The notes: generated from the letters alone by a model not told the origin. A stretch of DNA of 64,000 bases from Chrysomallon squamiferum (GCA_012295275.1 CM022677.1:9672001-9736000); one strand, 5' to 3'. Counted from the first letter of the stretch, positions 24,401 through 36,900 are shown. Made by a program: numbers and translations.

Positions 24401-27400
24401 ACTGAGCCTAGAACATGTTCAGCAGCCTGAAAAATCAAAGTTTTTAGTGTTGTGAAGACTAAGCAAGTAAATATTCCGTCAATACAATATTCAATATACT
24501 GGTACCAAACCAGAAAGCTTGAGACTAGAACAGTCTGCATTTCTAGATACACGCTAAACATGTATGTCACTCAAACCAAAACACTTGTCTGTACATAGCA
24601 ACATTCAACATGTATGTCACTCAAACCAAAACATTTGTCTCTACATAGCAACATTCAACATGTATGTCACACAAATCAAAACACTTGTCTCTACATAGCA
24701 ACACTCAGCATGTATGTCTCACAAATCAAAACACTTGTCTCTACATAGCAACACTCAACTCAGAAAAGCAAAATATAGCCTATTTTCTTGCAGCCAGATA
24801 TGTTTCCTGTATTTCAGTACTAATGAATCTAAATCGAAACTGTAAAACAATATTATACAGTAACATTCTTGATTAGAAGCAAGATGCCTTTCATATGCCA
24901 GTTAACATATAGTGGTAATTAATTGTGGGTAACTACTGGAACTGGAAATATCTTAAAGGCACCTCTTGGTGGCTGATGTTTATTTATTTATTTTGTTGTT
25001 TACTCAGTATGTGTTAATTCATCTTACTACCATTGTTGTTATTGTTTTTAATGTCTTTGTTTTGTTGTGTCTTTCATTTTTGTTACCATGCTTTTACAGC
25101 ATTAACTTAATGTAAGCAGATAATATCATAAAGAAAAGAAATAATATTTTTAATCTTTTTACCTTTTGAAACCAGTGGCCTATTGCATATTCAAAGATTT
25201 GGTACCAGACTAATGGACCACTTCCCATTGGATGTGTGCGTGCACAGACAGCTCCCACAGTTGTGTCTCGAGTCATCAGGTCAAGCAGAGCTTCTACAGA
25301 ATCTGCAGTAAACTCTACGTCAGCATCTGTGGTCAGAATGAAACTCTCCTCATCTTCGGCTGCAAAGTGTGAAGCAGATCGTTTGTGAAAATCTTTCTTA
25401 AATGGTTGATAATCACATTGAAAGTAACAAACAGGAATGATACATTTCAGCATTTGATAATAGAAAATACTAATTATTTATTTGCCATTTGTTTGCTTGT
25501 TTGTTTAGTTATTACATTTTCAGTTTTGCATTTCACTTACCATTAACAGGCCTTGACTCTTAATTAAAATATAATTTAAAGAATTGCTTTAAAAAATGTA
25601 TAATCAATGTACCATAGCTTTTTAGAAAGTCCATTTAATATACTTTAAAGAATTGCTTCAAAAAATGTATAATCAATGTACCATCGTTTTTTAGAAAGTC
25701 CAGTACATATGACATGTACATCACCTGACTCCAGCGCTTCTTGTTCTTAACCTATAAAAGAAATACGTTGACACACATGCAAAAACTTACATAAGTATAC
25801 CAACCACGTTATATCATGACATTGATTTTATTTCTTACCACAAGAGTAGCAAATTGATTACTAAAGAAAAGGTAATGGTAAAAAAAAGTTACTTTTGACA
25901 AGAGAAAGATAAAACAAATGTGGGATGACAAATAATAAAGTATGACAGTAACATGAAGTGAAACTTAAAGACAATGAGTATATGAAAAGGAACCATTTGG
26001 TAGAGGTCAGCACCAGAAAGAAAGTTGTGGAAATATGCTTAGGTCTACAGTAGTTGCAGTGGCAGAAACATAATTGTAGTAGTAGTGGCAGTTGCCATGG
26101 TAATAATAGATGGTGTAATATTAGCAGTAAGAAACATAACAGTAAGGAAATCAAATTTGTATTATCTTTCATAAACTATCATGGAAATTGACATGAATGT
26201 ATAGGAAGAATGTAAAATAGAACTGACATCACATTTTAATATAACTGTAAAGCACTTGCTGGAGCAGGATCATGTAACCCACCTTGAGATTGTCTTTTAA
26301 ATGGACATTGAAAAACATGGGTTTTTTAACTTTATTTTGTTCAGGCAATTTCCAGTTCAAACGCATCCCATATGGTGTTATTATTTTAGTACAGTCACCA
26401 GGGTTTATTCCTGAAAAGAAAAAAAGTTAACATAATTTAGTAAATAGCATATAAAAATAAATATAATCATATGTTAATGCATATAGTGATCTTTGTGTGT
26501 ATTTGGTGTATAGTTATAGTAACATCATGGTGTGATAACAGTTATGATGTCATCACATTGACAAGAATCAATCAATCATACAACAATTTAGTCATTGGGT
26601 AAAACTACAGGGGTTCAAAAATATTGAAATATTTTACCAAGAGTAGATTCAAGAAGAGAAATTAGCTGCAGGGCAAACGATGAAAACTCTCTGTTTCTCA
26701 CACCACAGTCGAGGATGACATGAGATTCAAAAAAACGACTACCAGCCTCACGAGCTTCATTAATTCTGTTGATTGATTCCAGGACTTGGCGCATCTCATT
26801 AGTTGTCTAAAACCAAGAATGTGTTGTCAGAATAACAGAGAGAAATGTTAATAAATACATAATCATGATATCATTGTTAATATTCTTCAGCTAAAATCAC
26901 AGTTACAGATGAACAAGTCATGTTCAGTGAAACAACAAAATCGTTTTTAAACTTTAGCATAATGTGAACAGACATTAGAAAAATTGCATTCTAACCTAGA
27001 GGAAAAATATAACATTAAAAAATCTACAATATTTAAATATGTACTCTAAGTATGTCAGTTAGAGTTTGTGCTGTTACAGTTAATTTTATACAAGAATGAA
27101 TTGGTCAGTTTATATATTTTGCATTGGACATGTAAAACCACAGTATTGAATATAATGAGTTTTTGTAAAAAAAAAAAAAAAAAAAAAAAATAAATAAACA
27201 AACAAACAAACAAACAAAATAATAAGAAAAAAAATAAAAAAGAAAAGACATGTATATATAACTAACTCACTTCAGATAATTGTTAGTGTCTGGGAGTTTA
27301 TCTGATACTATCTGGACTGACTAGTCTACTCGTGACATCTCAGTGTTTAATCAAAGTCTTAACTGTTTTGTGTGTGACAGCTAAGATCGAGTCAAATTAC

Positions 27401-28057
27401 ACCACGCAGCTGTGTAACATCACAACAAATAAGTTATTGAGAATATGTTTATTTTCCAGTTACCATCAGCAGAATTTGTAAATGCTGGAACATTGTTAAA
27501 GTAGGAAATCTTTGCAGCTATTTGTGATGACCAGTTGACCATTAGACCAGCTTTTTACTGTGTGAATGTGTATGTCTGTATTTGTGTGTGTGTGTGTGGC
27601 TATCTCATTCTACCATGGTTAATAAGTGAACTGTCTCATACAAGTTCTCAACAAGCAATGTTTGTGTAAACAAGGAACCAACCTCTCGGTACATGGTGGT
27701 ACAAATGTACACACGGCCAGTTCTGGGTTTGTGTTTGATAGGGGTGTCATCTGGTATACGTCTGTTTAGTAACAACCAGTGATCCAAACACACTCCATTG
27801 AAACTTGGTAACCAAAACATCTGAAAAAGATTTATTTATAAAGATATTTATATGAATAATCAGTTTGTCTGTTTAAATTCTGAATGTTAATAAATTATTT
27901 CTCTAAAAAGAAATTATATCAAAGATTTCACACACACACAGTCACATATAAACATATATACTTTTGTTTGCTAATTTTATTATTATTATTATCATTATTT
28001 TTGTTTATTTTTTTTAATCCTTGTTGTTATTATTATTATTATTATTATATTATTATT

Positions 28058-28097
<40 letters not shown>

Positions 28098-30385
28098 TTG
28101 TCTTTGTTTATGGTTTTCATGTTATCTAACCTGAGTTTCAGCTTGAAGTAAAATATGATCAGTTCTGAAGACAAGCCAGGCAGATGAAAAGACTGCACCA
28201 ACTGTTACAGTGAGCATTGCAACGATCACCAGCCAGTAAGGCTCATAATATGTACAATCTGAAAGACCGTCCATGAACACCTTGCATGAGTCTGTGACGT
28301 ACAGCAACAAGAAGCATGTTGGGAAGGACAGAAGTGTTGGTAGAGTAAAACCAACTTTCTGCATGGAGCTGTGACAGGCGAGGAAGGCCAGGTGATAACC
28401 GGCCACTGATGTTATTATATTAACAAGGAAATAGGGGAACTCTGAATCAGCAATCCAGGAAGACCAAGCAGCTTTGAACTCAGAGAGTGTGTTCTGGGTC
28501 AATCCAGAAGAATAAATTGAACCGTCAAAGTAGAAGATGACAAAACTGAAAATGAGGAAGGCAGGAATCTTCACTAAATGAGATATAAAACTTGTCTTCC
28601 ATGTTGACTTCTTGTAATGTGTGCATCGTCGTGTTTCATTCCTCACCAAGTTTGTGCGACTGGAATCCACACTTCCAAACACAGAACTTTGCTGAGTACT
28701 TGTTGTGTTACTCAAACTTCCAGCATGCTGTTTACCTTCCTCTTCTTTTTCTTCCTCTACATTAGATTCTGTCATAGCACTCTGAATGGCAGGGCACCAG
28801 GCAAAAACGACACAAAATATTGCCACAGGAACATGCCAAATAAATGTTTTACCAGGTTTATCAGGTTCATGCCAAGTAATGTAGCCTGTGATGCCAAGAC
28901 CTACAAGTTGTAAAATTAAACCAAACACAGCAGCAATTTTGACCAGTTTGTATTGTGAAAGTGTGTTTTTCCAGGAACCAATTATAACTGGGATGAAAGC
29001 TAAAGGAAGAAATGTGCCTAACAGTAAAACACTGGTCACTTCTCTATAAGATGCAAGGATCTTGTACAGAAACAGACACAGACCCAGTGGTTCCAGGACT
29101 GAGGTAAACAAAGTCTGAAAAACAAAAAATTAAATGAATTTCTCAAACAAACAATATCAAAACACATGACATAAAAAAAATAACTCAGCCACTTTTATGT
29201 TAACATGTAAGTTTTTCAACAGATGAAAAATTAACAGTCTTTTACTGCTAATATTTCTGTCTGTCTTTAGTTAGGATATATATATCAAAAATACTACCAA
29301 AAACACAGCTAATATTTCTATCTGTATTTAGGATATAAATATTAAAAATACTACCAAAAACACTGCTAATATTTCTATCTGTATTTCTATCTATAAATAT
29401 TAAAAATACTACTAAAAACACTGCTAATATTTCTATCTGTATTTAGGATATAAATATTAAAAATACTACCAAAAACACTGCTAATATTTCTATCTGTATT
29501 TAGGATATAAATATTAAAAATACTACCAAAAACACTGCTAATATTTCTATCTGTATTTAGGATATAAATATTAAAAATACTACAAAAACACTGCTAATAT
29601 TTCTATCTGTATTTAGGATATAAATATTAAAAATACTACAAAAACACTGCTAATATTTCTATCTGTATTTAGGATATAAATATTAAAAATACTACCAAAA
29701 ACACAGCTAATATTTCTATCTGTATTTAGGATATAAATATTAAAAATACTACAAAAACACTGCTAATATTTCTATCTGTATTTAGGATATAAATATTAAA
29801 AATACTACAAAAACACTGCTAATATTTCTATCTGTATTTAGGATATAAATATTAAAAATACTACAAAAACACAGCTAATATTTCTATCTGTATTTAGGAT
29901 ATAAATATTAAAAATACTACCAAAAACACTGCCTTTTTCTTCGGCCACAGCAGATCTTTTCTGAACAGCCCAAACCAGACAGCCCTGAGTAAATTCACAG
30001 TGTAAGGTACAAGAACAGTCATCATTATCATGAGATATAATTGAGTTGCCTTTTTTCTGGATTCTACATCCACTGAGTTGTTAGTGCTGTTTCTCAGACT
30101 CTGTGTCAGTCTTATTACAGATATTTTATTTGCTGAAAGAGAAACAAGGATGCACAATGTTGCAACCACTGTAACTATCCACTTAACAACTACTGCAAAA
30201 ACTGACTGTGAAGCAGCAGTTAATTTTTTACTCAGTTCAGCCTCCACTTTACTCTTCTTCAATATTGTTAGACTGGTCTCCCTTTGTGAACAGACACTGC
30301 TAATATTGGATGTAGATTCAAAATATTTAGCATCAGTGTCTTCCTCAATAACTGAGAGGTTTGAAATAGATCCCATTGTGTCCAT
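17195..30385 (-). CDS. CHS: Chitin synthase (GT2) with two C-terminal SAM domains; 21 coding exons, about 1429 aa
   Basis: Hand-assembled GT-AG exons with matching phases: 29921-30385, 28131-29114, 27683-27820, 26638-26806, 26283-26410, 25682-25751, 25163-25359, 24259-24426, 23695-23950, 21820-21935, 21300-21399, 20848-21045, 20426-20510, 20107-20288, 19684-19772, 19221-19391, 18685-18835, 18405-18458, 18153-18311, 17767-17892, 17195-17478 (4290 nt, no internal stop). Motifs: CTTMYRE, TPYG, KKRWSQVMYM, TDAD, YQxFEYAIGHWFQK, CSPGCFS, GEDRW, QRRRW, SWGTRE. An in-frame TGA at 30422-30424 lies upstream of the ATG at 30385. Confidence 0.96.
18405..19391 (-). CDS. CHS: CHS exons 16-18 (tandem SAM domains)
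   Basis: KYAQTFKHHGFD...ELKDIGITTKTHKQFILDQI and SVKEWLDAIGLPMYQETF...ELKITKAGHVKRLLYAI match the SAM pattern (W-L...Y...F...L..lGI...GH..+ll..I). Confidence 0.88.
19684..21935 (-). CDS. CHS: CHS exons 10-15 (transmembrane helices, WGTRE motif, acidic linker)
   Basis: Exons 21820-21935, 21300-21399, 20848-21045, 20426-20510, 20107-20288 and 19684-19772. Contain LHPREF, CLPSGY and DRSW|GTRE split across an intron; phases are consistent. Confidence 0.9.
21423..21489. repeat. (GA)n microsatellite
   Basis: Pure GA run next to the CHS exon 11 acceptor; it reads as a pyrimidine tract on the sense strand. Confidence 0.95.
22271..23038 (-). mobile_element. Tigger/pogo-type non-autonomous DNA transposon in a CHS intron
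   Basis: Inverted repeats cagtggtacc ... ggtaccactg followed by TA. Frameshifted psq-HTH transposase N-terminus on the minus strand (KKQMMSIEL...IIEKH...ANLARQY...TILKHKESIK). Confidence 0.85.
23175..23378. repeat. Minisatellite, about 6 x 36 bp
   Basis: Unit ttacaggtaatgtgtaaaatcagatatataaatatg. Confidence 0.92.
23695..24426 (-). CDS. CHS: CHS exons 8-9 (catalytic EDR and QRRRW motifs)
   Basis: Exon 24259-24426 reads AAEHVLGSVLCSPGCFSVYR...MGEDRWLCTLL; exon 23695-23950 contains EFYKQRRRW. Confidence 0.97.
24559..24758. repeat. Minisatellite, 4 x 50 bp
   Basis: Unit catgtatgtcactcaaaccaaaacacttgtctctacatagcaacattcaa. Confidence 0.93.
25163..27820 (-). CDS. CHS: CHS exons 3-7 (catalytic domain, first half)
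   Basis: Exons 27683-27820, 26638-26806, 26283-26410, 25682-25751 and 25163-25359 encode ICTTMYRE, ESHVILD, TPYGMRL, HLKD, KKRWSQVMYM, LTTDAD and FEYAIGHWFQK. Confidence 0.95.
25575..25702. repeat. 69-bp-period tandem duplication spanning the CHS exon 6 donor
   Basis: tttaaagaattgctt...tgtaccat...tttagaaagtcca occurs at 25575 and 25644. Confidence 0.9.
28131..29114 (-). CDS. CHS: CHS coding exon 2 (multi-transmembrane N-terminal domain)
   Basis: 328-codon hydrophobic ORF with tttcag acceptor and GTTAGA donor; contains FLACHSSMQKVGFTLP. Confidence 0.93.
29244..29932. repeat. Minisatellite, about 12 x 56-57 bp, overlapping the CHS exon 1 donor
   Basis: Unit actgctaatatttctatctgtatttaggatataaatattaaaaatactac(c)aaaaac. 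Confidence 0.97.
29921..30385 (-). CDS. CHS: CHS coding exon 1 (N-terminus, first transmembrane helices)
   Basis: ORF MDTMGS...WPKKKAVFL ends at a GTAGTA donor; phase 0 joins the next exon (TLFTSVLEP). Confidence 0.85.
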
Positions 30386-30547
30386 TGAATTGACTGCATA
30401 TAATTCAGTGCCACTTCTCCTTCATTCTTCTCTGGAAGACAAAAATGTACTTAAGGTCAGAATGAACAAATGGTTTTCAAAGATCGTTTATAGTCCAAGA
30501 CATCTTGGAATATTTTAAAACAAAATTATTGTGTGTCTCTGTTGGTT

Positions 30548-30552
<5 letters not shown>

Positions 30553-30606
<54 letters not shown>
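30553..30606. repeat. (TG)n microsatellite
   Basis: Pure TG run. Confidence 0.95.
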
Positions 30607-30607
<1 letters not shown>

Positions 30608-30924
30608 TGTTGCTTATCTGGTTTCAGTAATCCAATGCACCTGTAACAGAAACTTGACCTCCAAACAAAACATTAAAATTAACCTATACTTAAACTTTCT
30701 TTAACATTAATCTACACATAAACATTGTCATTTAATATTAAACCAAACCCTAAGACTTTTCCTAAAACTGACCTTAGCCTATCTTAATTCTAGTAAAACT
30801 TACATATATTTTAATAATTGTGTCCATGCTTTATACAGAAACATATACACACAAGTATTCCAAAAGACGGTTTTCTTTGTACCACATAATCCATGGTCAT
30901 TCATGTATGAAACCACTTGTAATA

Positions 30925-31678
30925 TACTCAGCAAAAAAAGAATCTCTGTATGTTGAAATCTTGATTATATTTTATCATGCTATATAATCGAAAATCACAG
31001 AGCATACATGCGTGTCATACCGTGATGTGCTTTCCATGTGCTTGTAGTTTCATAATGCTGAATGTCAGACCAAACATGATTTTTCAGCCTGCAGGTTAGA
31101 CAACTGATACTGCACACCTTAGAAAAAAACAATAAATAATTTCTATAAAATACTGTTTGAAAATAAAACTATCAGACATGACTCTCAGAGAGCAGCTGGA
31201 ATGCTTGTAACCAGAGACAGTATGCTGAAATACTATACTGAGACACTACACAGATATACTATTCTCTGGCACTATACAGAGACACCATACAGATACACTA
31301 TACAAAAACACTATACTGATACAATATACAAAGACACTATACTGATACAATATACAAAGCTATGATACACAGACTGAACAGTTGTTTGCAGGATACTGGA
31401 TTCACCAATGTCTGCCTTCAAGTGGCTGTCTGTGAAACTCGGGTCCAGTTTTTCCAGAACCAGTTTCAAGCAACACCATAATAGCCCAACATTCCACATT
31501 CATGTACAGACAGGAACTGTCTGTGAGTATACTGTGTCCACATACAACTTTCCAACAAAACCATGATCAGTCATATGCTGCCAAGTTATCTAATTTCATA
31601 ATTTCTGCCATGCACATAAAATAGTTTTTGAAAGAAACAATTATTGAACACATGCATACTTTCTTTTTTTGCCGAGTA
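30925..31678 (+). mobile_element. Internally deleted Tc1/mariner element
   Basis: TA-flanked inverted repeats tactcagcaaaaaaagaa ... ttctttttttgccgagta. The interior is homologous to 61290-61340 and 63440-63610. Confidence 0.8.
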
Positions 31679-32532
31679 TATTTTTGAAATACCACTGAAA
31701 TATTTTTGAAATACACTAAAATTATTTTAAATAAAAAAATAAAAATAAAAAAAAATAATAACTAAAATAAAAAAATATCACTCACAGTATTTAAAAAATG
31801 TTTAATTCATATTCTATTTCATTTCTACACAATGTACTACCTTAGATTTCTTTGTTACTAACATCTGAGAAAATCTGAAAAATTATTACAAAAACTGTTA
31901 TTTTCAGTGTCATTTTCTTTTTAATCTACATTATTTTTATTCATTTGATGATTATTTTATTTTTATAGATCATCAAAACAGTTTGAAAAGGACAAGTTAG
32001 TTACAAACAGACTGAACAATAGCTGTAAATTCTCTATTACTAACATACAGAAACAGACATGTGTAGCTGAACTTAGCAAGCATGTAATTATTACTATGTA
32101 AATAAGTAAAAACTTTAAAATTCACTATCAAATTCAGCACTACATAAGAAGTTACATAATGTGTGTTTATGTTATTTTATATATAATCTATATATATTTG
32201 GGGTAATCGACTACTTACCTTCTGTTGTGCTGTAAATATATTCAGTGAAGCGGTCTGTCATGTGTTGTCATAAAGAGGCACATGACAAAACTGAACAAAA
32301 AAAACAAGTTCAAAGTTTAGCTCTCTATCTCACAGGCTTGAATTATCTTGATTCTGTTATCATATTTCATTCACCTCTTCTCAATGTTAATTATAAATGT
32401 AAGTTATTTCCTGACAGTGGCTAACACTGCAGGTAGAAAGGTATTATTACCAGGGATAATTTATAAAATAAATTCCTGAACTGAAGATTTTTAAACAGGA
32501 ACTGAGTATATTGTATAAAGAACTATTATTGT

Positions 32533-32566
<34 letters not shown>

Positions 32567-32908
32567 TTTATATGTGTAATGTAAATTCAAATCTGAAGTA
32601 TTTACCACTCCTTGTTATGATTTGTTCTTTTGACCATAAAAAATATATACTTTTGGCTTTTTAAATTAACACATTTTGTATTTTTAATCCCAAATGTTAC
32701 TATAAACATTTGCATATATATTTTAAATGAGGAATATGACACAAAACATCCTATACAGAAGTAAATATATTCTATAATATTCAGATGGAATAAAAATTAA
32801 TAATAATTAAATAAATAAATAAATAAATAAAAAAGTGCTCTTGATAATTTTCACGAAGAGGTGTAATATCAATAATCAATACAATTGTTTGAACTTACAC
32901 TCTTAAAG

Positions 32909-33218
32909 CAGTGGTGTAGCTAGTGAGTGTGATCCAGAGGCGGCCTCAAAAATCTATTACTTTGTACAGTGACACTCCCTTAATTTATAATTATGTAAAA
33001 ATTAGTTTGTGTACTTTGAAATATTACTTTCACATACTCAGATATATATTATATAAATATGTATATTTCAAATATACACCAAATATACTTCAGTTTAAGT
33101 TGGAAAAATAAATAAAAGAAGATGCACCCTGTACAGGCTTAAACCCAAAATAGTCACCCTCATAAACGATATTAATCTTGGGTGATCACCTTGTCACCCC
33201 TCCCTAGCTATGCTACTG
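32909..33218. mobile_element. hAT-type MITE
   Basis: Inverted repeats cagtggtgtagctag ... ctagctatgctactg. The 8-bp flanks tcttaaag/ccctaatg match only partially but share a central TA. Confidence 0.6.
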
Positions 33219-34840
33219 CCCTAATGGTCATTATTTTAGTGGACGACTTTCATCAAATTATACCATTCTCGCTATAAATGATACAGAACTGTAAGTAAAA
33301 TAAAATAATTTATCTTTGAGGTGCTTAACTGATGATAAACAAATTTTGTTAACAATTCACAAGAAGCTTAATTAGAGACTCTAGAGTACTTCCTTTTTCT
33401 CCACCATTTCCCGTTTTGTGATTATATTTTATTTTGATTGATTGATTGACTGTTTTCATCCTAAAGTTTATATTATTATTATTATTATTATTATTAATAT
33501 TGCTTTGGTGGAGATATTTAACATATTTGTTGATAATTTCATGAATGAATGATGAATACAACAGGAGTATTATAATAATAATAATAATAATAATAATTGT
33601 AAACATTATTTCTGAACAACTAGAAGAGCATGGAAAGACAATAAATTATGTGCACTAATCACAGTATTTAGTGTAATTATGGCCTATTGTTTCAAGTTTG
33701 ACTAAAAAACTGTGATTGAAGTTCATTAACTTCTTATAATCTCCCTCTTTCAAAGAAAAAAATCTTAGGATATAAAGTCCACCTCAGTAAATTAAATCTC
33801 TACCTTGATAAAGTTACAGGTAATTAATTATGTGTAAATAAAATAATATAGTTTAATAAACTTTAATTATAACAAGGTACAATAAATACATCCTATCAAA
33901 TGGCAGTATTCACATGACATATCAATCAATGATAATGATCTATTTACTATCCATACCGCATGTCAATGTTTCAAATCATCATTTTAAAATTAGAATGCAC
34001 CAAAATGAGTAAGTCAAACTGTATAAGACTTGCTCTGTCAATAATATTAGTATTTGCTTATTAGTTTTTGCTTATTAAAATTTAATTTACTTAATTCTTT
34101 CCAGATGTGAATTAAATTGGACAAAAGCATGTACATAGTTTGACAAGTACAATGCTAATACAATATCTTTTAATAAAAAAAATGCTTCCCACTAATACTA
34201 ATTAAACTTATTCCTCCATTAGTTCCAAGGCATTGCCATAACCATAGAAAAATCAAATAAAAGGTAAATACTACATAATAAAGAATCACAAATGAGGCTA
34301 TTTTTAGATCACAACACCATCTGAGAAACTGAAGTCAAGTGACCACCAATTTTTTTGTTTGTTATTTTTTGGACATCAGAAATAAATAAATTGCACAAAA
34401 CCCACTAGATTTTGGTTGTAGGCACAGTCAGTATATACATCACTAACTGGCTCCAGTATTATTTCAAGCCAGATTTAATCACTTAAATCGACATCTTATG
34501 AAAAGAATAATAATTTTGATCACAAACTAAAACCTTCAAACAGATTCCAGGAGATTCAGATTGTAGAGAATCAGCTTGATCAGTTGCTTTCTGACTTGGA
34601 GTGAACAGGTCGTGACTTAACACTTGGTCAAACAATTGGTCATGTAATTGCTTTGAGCTTCAGTACCATAGTTTTTGTTTTAATTGATGTTATATTATTC
34701 TTTATTTCTGAAAGGAAATCTATTGCTCGAAAACATATCTTTACATAATTATCTTTATATGGTTTTCTACTGCTATCAGGTGACAAAAACTGTTGGAAAA
34801 ATAAATGAAACTAACATATTGAACTTTAGTTTGTTCGAGC

Positions 34841-34878
<38 letters not shown>

Positions 34879-35999
34879 AGAATACAAAATAGAGTATGGC
34901 TGAGTAGCAATTCAGCAGTTGCTGAACTAACAACATATGTGAGTCATTGAATAGTCACTATAATCACAAATTAGAGCCCAGTCACTGCACAGTAAATCAA
35001 ATTTTTCTTCATAATGGAACATTTATTTATAAGACAAACATGGTGAGGAGAGAAACCTTAAAACAAAGACAAAACTTTTAAAATATTTTGTTTATTTTTA
35101 TACAATACCATCAAAAATCCTGACAAAAATTCTGTAGTCTGATTTACTAATGGACCTCTTCACCCTTTTCATATGTGGTTCACTTTGCTGATGTTGGAGG
35201 ATGAGGGTGGAAACCTGTGTCTATGCATATATTATTGGTGCCTGTCTAACGCAGCTGTATGTGAATGTAATTAGCAACGTCATCACCTAACCAAATTAGA
35301 ACCCTGCAACAGGTGTAACACCTCTCAAAAATAGCACTAACTATACATACAGATCTCCCTATATAGGGTAGATAGCTACCCGATTTGGCTTGACTCTAAG
35401 GGTATTCAGGGAACAAGGTCATATATGTATTTATATTCGGTCTACATTAAATGACTAGGAACACAACCCAAGTTTAGATTTAAAGCATATATGTATTGTA
35501 TGATCTAATAATAGTTATTTACCAAGTAAATACAATGCTTACATGGCCGATTACAAACAGTTTCACATCTCAAAATTACCATCACCACATAAGTGAACAT
35601 ATGGGGAATATTAAATATGCTTACCACTTAAGGTAAAATAGCCCACCTCATTAACTATTTGAATATGAAAGTATATCAAATAATGTACTGCTCAGCAGAC
35701 CAATAGCGTTATAATCAGTTAACAAATAACACTACTGTTTTCAAGTACCTACAGTCAAAGTTCACCTCAGATTCTCAGCTATTCTCATCCACTGTTTTAG
35801 AGATAACAGTTTACTTTGATCGGTTTGATCTCACATTACCAAATAATTGTTATACTACTTCAATAGATCCATCCATCCATCTGTCATCCCTCCCTCCCTC
35901 CCTATATTTTTTTCTCTCTCTCTATCTATCTATCTATCTATCTATCTATATATACAAACTGATCTCTCTCTATCAACCAAAATGTGATCTCTGCTTTTA

Positions 36000-36900
36000 T
36001 TGCCTAGAAAAGACCACATAGTGGATCTCTTAATATTCCTGTCCTGGGAATGGTGATGTGACTGTTTGGAACATTAGCAGACATACAGAGATACTGGTTG
36101 GTCCCCAAAAACAACACCTAACCATAGCTTACATAATTTTTAAGGAAAGCTAACATCTATTATGTATTAAAGAGGAATCTACTCTCTTCATCACACTTAG
36201 CTCATCTAATTCTTAAGGGTTACATAATAAAGAGGAGAATGTCATCACTGTCACACTACCCAAGGATGCTAATTGCCTACCTGCATCTGGAGTCTACAAT
36301 TCAATGATTCACATATATTGTTAGTTCAGGAACATCTGCAATAGATATTCCTGATACAAAGTGGAAAAATAAATGCTATCTGATAAATACACATAACTGC
36401 TTCAACTTCTCGCTGAGCTTATCAGAAGGTCCCACTGACATACATCTGATCAGAATAATTCAAAAGTTCCTGATGATCTTCAAATGTTTGGGATGTTGTC
36501 ACAGAAGAATGCCATATCATCCATCACATGGTCCAGAGGTAGAAAAGGTCAGGCCATCTATCATCCCTGCAAACATCTTGACATCTATTTCTGATACAGT
36601 TTAATCCAAGGTCCTATATCTTGTAAGTTAGCTGGGATAGGTGAAACAGCTTATATAACAACTTCTAAAGTCTGTAACCATTATTTCCAGATCTGGATAA
36701 ATACTATGTTCACCATACTTGTCCAGTATACTCTGAAGCAGCTCCTCATAGACTTTGATAGCTGCCTCATCAGGATCCTACATGAACATGGACCAGTCAC
36801 ACTAACATCACTTGGTATCGTCGCCTTTAAAGCCAGAGGACCATTGTTTGCACACATTGCCAGTCCATCATAGCTTTTTTCTTAGTGGGGTAGGGGACTC
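36000..36900 (-). mobile_element. Possible degraded LINE (CR1/L2-like) ORF2 fragment
   Basis: Minus-strand translation near 36710-36805, CDWSMF..DPDEAAIKVYEELLQSILDKY, resembles the endonuclease-RT linker. Composition is coding-like; boundaries are approximate. Confidence 0.35.

Noticed and set aside
29244-29932. CRISPR-like appearance of the regular arrays (also 23175, 24559, 16790, 58730)
   Set aside because: Units are head-to-tail without unique spacers, there are no cas genes, and the context is eukaryotic.
28617-30518. Plus-strand ORFs 28617-28913 and 30078-30518
   Set aside because: Antisense shadows of CHS exons.
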